A stretch of 60,137 nucleotides of DNA, counting the filler, from Hausera hauseri (lineage: Eukaryota): assembly GCA_046269625.1 (NCBI GenBank). It is 11 parts of 11 records of this genome, joined end to end, with 100 filler letters (N's around TTAATTAATTAA, not from the genome) between each part and the next. Parts side by side here need not be neighbours in the genome. Positions count along the whole stretch, not along the records: positions 46,267 to 51,330 come from JBJURY010347268.1; positions 51,431 to 55,631 come from JBJURY010703993.1; positions 55,732 to 60,137 come from JBJURY010596333.1; 8 more parts are not named here. The stretch is one strand, 5' to 3'. The translations under genes and the position numbers were made by a program. The notes below the pieces were generated by a model. The model was not told where the DNA came from. It did no database searches and worked only from the letters and a program-made list of their open reading frames with translations. This document shows positions 51,191 to 60,137 of the stretch, in pieces (the stretch's first letter is position 1; each line of letters starts with the position of its first letter).

Positions 51191-51430
51191 TGAAAGTGTT
51201 TATAATATAAGAAAAAATGTAACGATGAAGGAAAAGTATGCATGGAGAATGCATGGTATTCGGTGCAGAACAAACTTAAACACTGCAATTAAAAAAACGA
51301 AACAGTGACCAACGAATAAATAAACGAAGTNNNNNNNNNNNNNNNNNNNNNNNNNNNNNNNNNNNNNNNNNNNNTTAATTAATTAANNNNNNNNNNNNNN
51401 NNNNNNNNNNNNNNNNNNNNNNNNNNNNNN

Positions 51431-52200
51431 AATTTCTTTCACTCGAGTATTCGCGATGGTATGAATTTTGTAAATAAGCATAAGGTTGTCGCCGATGATA
51501 ACACCAGGCTCTTATATATAGATATAAATAAATTGTACGGCTGGACTTTATCGCACCCTCTGCCATTTGCGAATTTAACTTGGATTTATGATAAGGACAA
51601 ATTACATAATTTAATTGAACAACTGCCTTTTATTGACTGTTAGGGAAAAACGAGGCTTAGTCTTTGAAGTTGACTTAAGCATTCCGGCTGACAAACATGA
51701 TAAGTTGGACCAACTGTCTCTAGTTTCAATTAATAAATGTCCTCCTGGTTTGAAAGTCAAAAAATTGTTGCTTACACACGAGAGTAAGTCCAACTATGTT
51801 AGTCAGTATCGGCTCTTACAGTTGTACATCGAGGTGGGTGCTGTAGATGAGAAGGTACATCGAGCCTTTCCGTTTGACCAGGGTTATGTCTTTAAGGATT
51901 GTATCAAACTAAAAAAAATTTAAAGACGAGAGTAAGGGAAGCGTTCACTATTAAGAGGCGATTTTCCTACGACCGAAATCCTGTGCCCAAAAAACCAAAA
52001 GCAAACCAATCCTGAAATGCAAGAGCATAAATATCAAACAGAGAGACTTTCAGTTTGACAGCTACCTACAGCTTTATGAAAGCAGTTGTGGGACCATGAT
52101 GAACCAGGAACAAATTGGCACTAAAAATCACTAGCTCATGACAATTCAATCGCGAAAAAAGGCCTTGTATCCGTTCGACGACAAACGCCAGTGGATTCAC
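51431..52200 (+). pseudogene. Second Polinton-type protein-primed DNA polymerase remnant (internally deleted)
   Basis: LLYIDINKLYGW.LS.PLP, FEVDL.IP...HD, KLLLTHE.K.NY, LYPFDDKR. Confidence 0.9.
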
Positions 52201-52365
52201 ATTATTGTACAAATATGCGATTATCTTTTGTGTCAATAAATATTTCATGCCTTACTGTTTCTTTTATTAATAAGGTTTTATAATTACATTAAATACGTTT
52301 CAGTTAGACTGTTTTAGTATTGTGGACATGTAAAACAATCAAAGGTTAACATGTAAAAACATTTA

Positions 52366-52702
52366 TTATCGAACAAATCTTGATAAAAATATTACAACTG
52401 CACCAGTAAGAATACTACACACAAGTAAAACATTTCTCTGTCTTTTTCTAAATTCATCTCTAATGTTTGTCATCAATATCGATCGAACAACAAGTTCTAC
52501 ATAGTCTTCCTTTGACAAAAAGTATTCATTCTCCAGTTCATTTAGAAATTGGACAAAGTCTATTTTCCCACTGCATATTTCATTTGTGAGCCCTTTAATT
52601 TCAGCTTCTAAATCTATTTTGTAATTCTAAGTATATAAATTATTTCGGATAACAGGTTTAAAATCATACCATTTGTCGTACTATTCCTTGAAACAACGGC
52701 AT
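52366..52702 (-). CDS. Small two-exon gene, 87-97 aa helical protein with C-terminal membrane anchor
   Basis: TATAAA at 52721-52726; 43-nt GTATGA...TTAG intron at 52627-52669 joins ...ATG to AATTAC in frame; RKRQR-NVLLVCSILTGAVVIFLS-RFVR*; AATAAA at the stop. Confidence 0.55.
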
Positions 52703-52899
52703 GCGATTTGCATATCAATATTTATACCCAACCACCAAAATTAAAACAAAAATTTTTTGACACAAACCGACCAATCAGATTGCACCAAGTGCGGTGGGAA
52801 TAGTGAAACCCAATCTGCGGCAGAAATCCCTTTCTTCATAACCAAAATTTAAACAAATTCTTTCGCGCCAAATTTAAATTTTTACACGTACCTATAATC

Positions 52900-53073
52900 C
52901 ATACAGTACGCCCGCCTGTGTGTATCCACTTTTGACTGTGTGTCTCCTATCTCCGCCCTATTAACCGTGTATGTGTGTATAGTTTTTTCTACCCCATGAC
53001 TCATCCGCGAACCACATCAATATTCCTTCCCCGGGGGGAGGGTCTCGACGCCATGCGCTCCTATCCTCCTACT
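52900..53073. repeat. Possible Polinton terminal region
   Basis: GC-richer segment ending CCTCCTACT (5'-AGTAGG on minus), consistent with AG...CT Polinton termini. Confidence 0.4.
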
Positions 53074-53642
53074 GTAACGATTTGTTAGTTTCAATTGTAT
53101 TTGTACAATGAATTTTTATATAATCAGTAAGTTTAGCCGGGATTGAAGTGAAAATAGCTGAATTATTTAATGTGCTATTTTCAATTTAATTACGAGTTTT
53201 GTTATTTGGCATGTTTAAATTTTTTGATATAAATATTTTATCTCTGTTACCGCAGCTATAGATTCCTCAGGAACATTGAAACGGGTGTAAGTGGAAAGGA
53301 ATTTATGGAATGCATATTTACGCTGCTTCTCAATCTCACTGAACTCTGAAAAAAAGACTTTAGAAATAAGGGTTTTGCTGCTGCTGTTTCCGCATTGCCA
53401 CTTCCTGAACATGTTTTTTAATTTCGAGATGCTGCCCGAATTGATATTTTCTTTCTCTAATAACATTCTTAAGCAGATTTTGCTGATCAGAATTTTAAAT
53501 TCACCAGTAAATCAGCCATCTCCAGTAGTGGGATGTGAGCACATTAGACCAATATAAATTTCCTATTTCGAGACCCCCCCAGGATCGACAATTAACATTT
53601 TTATATGGGAAAAATTTGCGAATTGATATTTTTTATGTTATA

Positions 53643-53713
53643 GATTGGCCTCGTCGTGGTTTCACTATTCCAACCCCCAAAAATCAATTGGCCGCGTCGT
53701 GGTTTCACTATTA
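53643..53713. repeat. Duplicated 26-nt motif ATTGGCC(T/G)CGTCGTGGTTTCACTATT
   Basis: Two copies, followed by AAAATTT(T)CG-rich palindromic repeats. Confidence 0.8.
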
Positions 53714-54153
53714 CCACACTAAAAAATTTTTCATTGAAAATTTTTCGGTGAAAATTTCGAAATTTTTCGAAAATTTTTGAAGAAATGAAAAATGTGTATT
53801 TTCGAAGTCTGTATCTGATGGTGCTATGAGAAAAAATTTTTCGAAAAAATGTCGAGATTCAAAGAGAGAATGTCATACAAATGGAAAAATCAGTCTGTGA
53901 TGTGGCGATACAAAGCGAGGAATTGATGAACCAGCAAGCTGTGATATATAAAAACTGTAAATTTGTTACTAAAAATTATTATTGTAAATAAATTGCGTTA
54001 TTGTAAATAAATTGTGTTATTTGTGTTATTCTGAAGGAAATTTTATGTAGAATATAATGTGCGTATCTTCGTTAAAACGAATAACTAGTATATAACCCGG
54101 TTCCTCCCTAGATACTATCTCTTCCATCCTTTCCCAGGGCCCATTTGCATTTT

Positions 54154-55086
54154 TTACACGTGTGTATTTTTATCCCCTGTTGAAAGTTCTCGGATTAAAT
54201 AATGTGCTCTGATTTTAAGATTTTGAGTATTACTCTGAAAGTTCTTTTTATTCCTCATTTTACTACTATGTGTGCCTCTTCTCAACTTATACATCCTTAA
54301 AATTGTCCTGGATTTCGTAGTTTTCAACATATATATCCCCATATATCCCTAATACCCCTTATCTAAAATATAACTATAAGAAAACACATTAAAATAAACT
54401 TTACATACATACCTGGCCTTTGTTATCGCGGTGCCTTTCCGCGGGGAATTTACTTCACCATTAAATTCTCGTACCAGTTCAAGCATACTGATTTTATCAC
54501 TCACGAAACTCCTGTTAACATTCACAAGAACAAAAGGAGAACAACAACAATAAACTATAGTATTAACTAAGCAACATATCGTATCAATCACTAACTTCTT
54601 CCTCTCTGTGATCACAGTTAATCTTTCTATCATAACGTTATACATCTGCATAGGAAGTTCTGTCAATGTGTGTGTCATCGCAGTCACAATTTTTTCAATT
54701 AAATATTCCTCGTTCATCTTTTGTTCGTTTCCTTTTGTTGGCTTGGATCTACATAAGCGTCTAAATAATACTGTCTGCTCATTAAGTCTCATTAACAAAA
54801 AGATATAACAAACAAAGCTATACCCTTTTACATTTTCATTGAACATGACCAGATATGTAATTATTTTCAGTTGAATATAATGTTGCATTTGTTGTTGAGA
54901 ATAGTGCCTAAGGGACATTCCAGTTTGGTAATATTTTTGAGGCCTTTTTCTGTCGTTCTTCGCCATATTTCTAAGGGAGATTTTACATGCATAACCTCCG
55001 AAGCTTTCTCTTTTAATAGAGACATAAATCCTTCGATTTTGTTCACTGCAACCCGTAAAATAAGCTTTCCTTGAACTTAGATGCAT
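54154..55086 (-). pseudogene. Orphan ~310-codon ORF with one internal stop, possibly LTR-embedded
   Basis: ORFs 54349-55086 and 54154-54342 share a frame; TATATAAATA ~150 nt upstream. Confidence 0.5.
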
Positions 55087-55731
55087 TACACTTTTTTGGA
55101 CAGATAAATTTTAATTGCAATTTATTTCAATTTTTTGTCAATTTATATTTCTGATTATTATCGGTGATCTTTATCACCAAGAATATCATGTTATATTATC
55201 GTATATATTTTATCTATATAATCCTATGTATATTCTATTTATATAACTATCAATATTTTATATGATTCATATAAATGGGAATTCCCACTATTATATGAAT
55301 TTTGAAATTACAGTTCCACTCACATGGACTTGACCTACAAAGACAGGCTATTGAATGCCATCTTGTGCACAACTGAAGTTTGCTGTTTTTTAACATTATT
55401 TTTGCCGTCTTGATATAATTTCAATCTTTTACGTACAATCGAAGTTTGCTGTTTAACATATCTTTATCTGTAATCTTTAAATACAACGAAGAAAATCCAG
55501 TTGGTTTTTGTGCAACTTAAACTGGTTTTGCAGATTCATTCTTTAAGACATTCTATACGTCTTTTTCTCTGGCTTCTTTAGTAAATCAGCCATATATACC
55601 TTTATTTCTTCTTTTGACCTAGACATTCAATNNNNNNNNNNNNNNNNNNNNNNNNNNNNNNNNNNNNNNNNNNNNTTAATTAATTAANNNNNNNNNNNNN
55701 NNNNNNNNNNNNNNNNNNNNNNNNNNNNNNN

Positions 55732-56310
55732 ATGGAAGGAGTTATCCCTGACCTGGATAAGGATCTTATGGCAGACTGGACATTGATCCAAGTCGATTGC
55801 GACCCACGCAAAAGCTCCGTCAACCCGAAAGAAAAGAGAATTCATGGATATCTGTATCAGGATAAAGACGGATTGGTTTTCGAACCCATTGAGCTGACTA
55901 TCCAAGTCGACCTTGATAGAGATGATTGGGGAAAAGAAGAAAACGAATGTCCCGTTTGCGAGGCTAGCTTACAACAAGGATATGTAATCCTAGACAACAA
56001 AAATTGCCGACATAAATACTGTAGAGACTGCCTCGAGAAATGGACCCTAGACAACGGAAAAACAACATGTCCGGTTTGTCGAGCTGAAGCTACCGAACTG
56101 AAATACTATTCAAACGGAAGTTATACGCGAGTTGTCAGAATCAAACCCCATTATAGTTACGGTCTGGAGACAAACCCTATAACGGTCCAAGAACAAGCCG
56201 ACCTCGATGCAAGAATGAATCGCCTAAGAAGAGAACCCAGAACAATTGGCGCCACCTCTCCTGACGCAATAGGCTCATCCGAGGATGCCGCTCAGGGAGG
56301 AGAGATGTGA
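55732..56310 (+). CDS. C-terminus of retroelement accessory polyprotein with C3HC4 RING finger
   Basis: Intact 192 codons from the gap; CPVC...CRHKYCRDC...CPVC; closely homologous to 40240-40811. Confidence 0.88.
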   Translation: MEGVIPDLDKDLMADWTLIQVDCDPRKSSVNPKEKRIHGYLYQDKDGLVFEPIELTIQVDLDRDDWGKEENECPVCEASLQQGYVILDNKNCRHKYCRDCLEKWTLDNGKTTCPVCRAEATELKYYSNGSYTRVVRIKPHYSYGLETNPITVQEQADLDARMNRLRREPRTIGATSPDAIGSSEDAAQGGEM

Positions 56311-57093
56311 AATAATCAACTCTAGTGACCGACATAATTGCTGTGAAATAATTAATTCTGGTAACTGATATGAATTAAAACACCTGTAAATTAGTTTTGT
56401 AAATTAGTTGAGATCATACCAGTATAAATTGTGGTAGCTGCACCAGAAATAATTGATTAATAGAAAGCAGCGAAGCCGAGAAATAATTGTAATTAATTGA
56501 AAATGGTCTTATGTGTACAAAATCAATAATTAATTATTTTTATGTAAAAACTGCTACTATATAAGCAGTCGAAATTTGAGAGAAGAGAGAGAAAAATTTT
56601 CTGCGACTTAGGAATCGCATCATTCTGCTGAAACTGAAAACCTTTTTGAATCGCAGCGAAACGCATAATTCAGAGAATCCACAGTGTTCGAATTAGAGTC
56701 GGACAACTCAGCTATAAAGACATTGATATTGATTGTGTAACGTTGATATTGACGACATTTCTTCTTGGTGTTATTGTGGTGACCGAATAAAGGTTAATAT
56801 ATATTGTTTTTCTTAAAATCGCATAAGATTTTCTTCATCGACCCTTAAGGTTGATTTGTACTCCACTAAGGGCAAAATCTCACTTAACTTTAAATAGATA
56901 AGACAAGAGATTTGTAAATTGAGGCATTCATCAACGCACGCAGTACCTGCATTGAGTTACAAATTATTCTAAATTACTAAGGCACAAGCAGATTACTCGA
57001 GAACGAGTAATCCTAACCTGCTCAAGGAGCAATTTATAAATTTCAGTTAATATTGTTATAGTGGGGACGATAGGGGCCACCCTAACTGTAACA
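56306..57093 (+). repeat. 3' LTR (788 bp)
   Basis: PPT AGGGAGGAGAGA at 56294-56305, TGT...ACA, TATATAA at ~56557, AATAAA at ~56786, hairpins. Confidence 0.85.
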
Positions 57094-57212
57094 TAAGCAA
57101 CGATTTGAAACTAAAAAATTGGCCAACAAACTTATTTTACAGAATGTTAAATATACAAGTATGATAGTTATCAACTTTCTTTATATGTTCTACACTGATA
57201 GACCAAACGTAC

Positions 57213-59857
57213 TGTGAGACTGTTTATAATGTTTTATTTTTGTTTAAATACATTAAGTGACGCGTGGGCTGACTTTTTGAAATAAAGTTTTTTGTTTAAA
57301 TTGTTATTTCCTAACAAGTTACCACGGCCATTATGCCCTTCAAGTTGTCGGACTTGATTTCTCAATATGACGGATCTACCGATTTTTCCCAGTGGATTCA
57401 GAAAGTGGAAATTTTATTTCAATTGCATGGAATTGCCGACCGACACAGTTTTATTTCACTGTATTTTAGCGTCTAAGTATTCTCAGTTTATCAGATGCTG
57501 CCGAAAGAAGCTTAGGACAGTTTTGAAAAACTGAAGATGGAAATAACGGCGGCGTTTACGCCATCGCCGATCCAAGCCTATAGACAACGTATTCAAAGGA
57601 TATTGTATCCGGGGGAAAATGTGGATATCTACTTGTCGGACCTCTGCCGTTTATCAGCAATTATAACCGCTAATTAGAGCAATGAAGAGCTCGTCAAGGC
57701 TGCTTTTGTTTGCGGACTTACGAAAAACGGGGAAATGGTCTTAAATTTGGACCGTCTTTTAGATAAGAATATCAATGATTTATTGAAATTAACCAGATCT
57801 ATTTTAGAGACCAATAGTGAAGCATGTTCAGTGGTGGAAGAAAGACCTTGAGAAGACTAGAAAAGGCTCATGCTTTCAGTTAGGAAAAAATGGGCATAGC
57901 CGAAGCAGATGCCCTAAACGGAATCAGGGAAACAATATTGGGAAATATCACAGAGTAGCAGCGTTACTGAATGTTTCCCACCCAATAATTCGTTTCAGCT
58001 ATCAATATTTTATTGTACAATTAATTCTTTTAGAACCCTAGCTTTGATTGACACGGGTAGCTTGTGTACATTTATTGTCGAAAAAATTATCGGAAACCGA
58101 GACTGTTACTTCGACCCAAAAACGTGATTGTTATGAGTGGGGAGATACTGAACTGCACCAGAGCGTGTAATTGCGAAGTCACTGTAGGAAATGTGAAGGT
58201 TAGAGTTCCCTCGTCAGTAGTTAAATCTCTTTCTGGAATGAATGCAGTGTTAAGAATGAATTTTGTGTCTGCTATTCGTGACCTGAATATCAGTTCGAGA
58301 GAAGTACCGTTGGTAAAGGCTTTCTTTATTGATATGACTGATGAATAGGATTGTGACTTGGTCATCAAAATAATACGATCGTGTGGAAACGGGATAATTT
58401 TATCATACAGATTTCTGATATAACGGATTCATTGACTAAACGAGATGTATTTTCTATTTATGGAAAATTGGTTCGTCATTACCCTATATGTGGATGGTTC
58501 AAATCATAATGCAGCTTTTTGAAACAATCGTTTGATAGACTAAATTGGTCAAGTAAGTGTGGATACTTCACGAATTGGTTTCTCGAAATAGTACAAAAAG
58601 TGCATAAAGAAGATTCACTTTGTGCAAAAATTGGAAATCGATGAATGAGAGACTTGCAAAGTTTGATCCGACGCAAGCAGTGTCACAATCGAAATGTATT
58701 GAAGTGGGAAACCAAATTGTCGAGGATGCAAGCTGGCTACGAAAAGAAACAGCCGTCAGTCATACTAATGTAGCTGAATTGGAAGCCGTCATAAAAGGAG
58801 TTAATATTGATGACACGATTATGAAAACGCATAACAGGTTTTACGGTTGGGCCAGAAAAACAAAATACGTCTTGGACGAGACGCAGTCAATTTTAAGTGC
58901 GACGATAGACGAGATTCGCCGGGAAATTAAAAATTGTCAGAAGTATCTGTCGATTAATTCGAATCCTATCATGCGGAAAAAAGGGTGGTTAAACAGTTAA
59001 CACATGTGAAGGAGACTAGCTGTTGACGTGACACATTACCAGGGAAATCGGTTCCTGAAGGTGATAGACTGTGGGTCGAGCAGATTCGCGATATGGAGAC
59101 ATTTGGATAATGACGGAGTAAATGTTTTGATATGTCACCTTGGTAGCATTTTCGTGGAATTTGGTCCTTCAGAGCTATTAATTGATAATTATTTGAGTTT
59201 CAGAACGGATAGATTCGCGGCGATGTGCAATAAATGGAATATCAAGATACACTTCTGTTGAGCCATGACGCCATCCGGTAACAAGATTGTTGAATTTTGT
59301 CACAGGACTGTCAAGAATATGGCAGTGACAGGCGATAAAAGTGTTCTAGACATAGTATTCTGGTACAGTGTGCCACCAACAAAAAATGGAAATCCACCTT
59401 CCACGGTACTTTTCAAGAGAAAATCGCGCATCCCGAGAAATAATGAGTCGAATCAGAATCAGAGTGACGTATCCCATAAAGACAGCTTCACAGTTGGAGA
59501 TCAAGTTTATGTGAAACCGGTCCCCACTAAATGCACAAATGTTTGGGTACCAAGGTAGATTACGCGATTAACAAACGGTAGTGAGATAGATTGATTTCAC
59601 AGACATAAGTAACATCAGGCCGGCAAGTATTACTCAAAACGATCAACATCGAATAAGTCCAATGGAAGAAAACCCAAGGTTTCTTCAAAAAGAACCAAAA
59701 AACTTTCAGGTCGCTCTGGAGATTGGCTAACAGATGATGTTTTAGACACCCCATTGGGGTGTTAGACTATTGATAATGTTTAATTCTTGTTTAAATACGT
59801 GAAGTGACACGTGGGCTAAATTTTTGAGTTGCTTGTGTAAATTGGTATTTCTTTACA
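57213..59857 (+). mobile_element. LTR-to-LTR but RT-less Gypsy element with ~100-bp LTRs
   Basis: LTRs 57213-57316 and 59760-59857; flanks CGTAC/TGTAC (near-perfect 5-bp TSD); Gag with CF..GKNGH...CP, ALIDTG, RNase H piece, integrase VDVTHY...IDCGSSRF...LLIDN. Confidence 0.9.
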
Positions 59858-60137
59858 TGTACGAGTAAAATAACTTGAAAATATTTTTTAAATTACTACG
59901 TAATCTATATTAACGATCGATGCAAAATAAATTCAAATGAAATAATTCACATCGGTTGTGAACAGTTTTAAAGTTACTGTGAGGAGGAATTAAAAGGAAT
60001 ATTTAATAAATACGCATAATTCAATAAACAGCCAACAGAAAGTTAGGAAATTAAGAAAAGAAGGAAAATAAGACTCATTTCCCGAGAGGAGGAAATGATT
60101 GTTATATAAACTTTTATAATAAATCTTTTATGGATAA

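Noticed and set aside
7502-55731. Recurrent palindrome TTAATTAATTAA within N runs as a biological repeat or CRISPR-like array
   Set aside because: Fixed 100-nt artificial linker with six-frame stops; it also invalidates any linkage inferred across gaps

Overview
AT-rich eukaryotic (invertebrate) repeat DNA, not prokaryotic. The window is 11 unrelated contigs joined by artificial 100-nt spacers (N44-TTAATTAATTAA-N44), so nothing can be inferred across a spacer. Nearly everything is decayed transposable element: several Ty3/Gypsy LTR retrotransposons, a BEL/Pao 3' end, a DIRS-type RT, an RTE LINE tail, two Polinton-type protein-primed DNA polymerases, and mariner, pogo, hAT and Merlin fragments. 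The repertoire suggests a planarian-type flatworm (inference only). The most interesting content is retroelement cargo. (1) Large Gypsy-type elements carry a 3' ORF encoding a membrane protein (FN3-like ectodomain, TM) linked to a DEDDh exonuclease-fold domain that lacks catalytic residues in all three copies; a C3HC4 RING domain ends the ORF in one subfamily (two copies). (2) A chuvirus-like fusion glycoprotein sits in env position. (3) A ubiquitin-like domain ending LRG[E] lies in frame just before a Gypsy Gag. (4) An intact ~340-codon orphan ORF lies inside a 1.7-kb BEL LTR, with a probable second example elsewhere. (5) Conserved, covarying hairpin arrays mark the LTR 3' ends. (6) A small spliced tail-anchored protein gene lies beside a Polinton-like polymerase. 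All domain calls come from manual motif recognition; no database searches were run.
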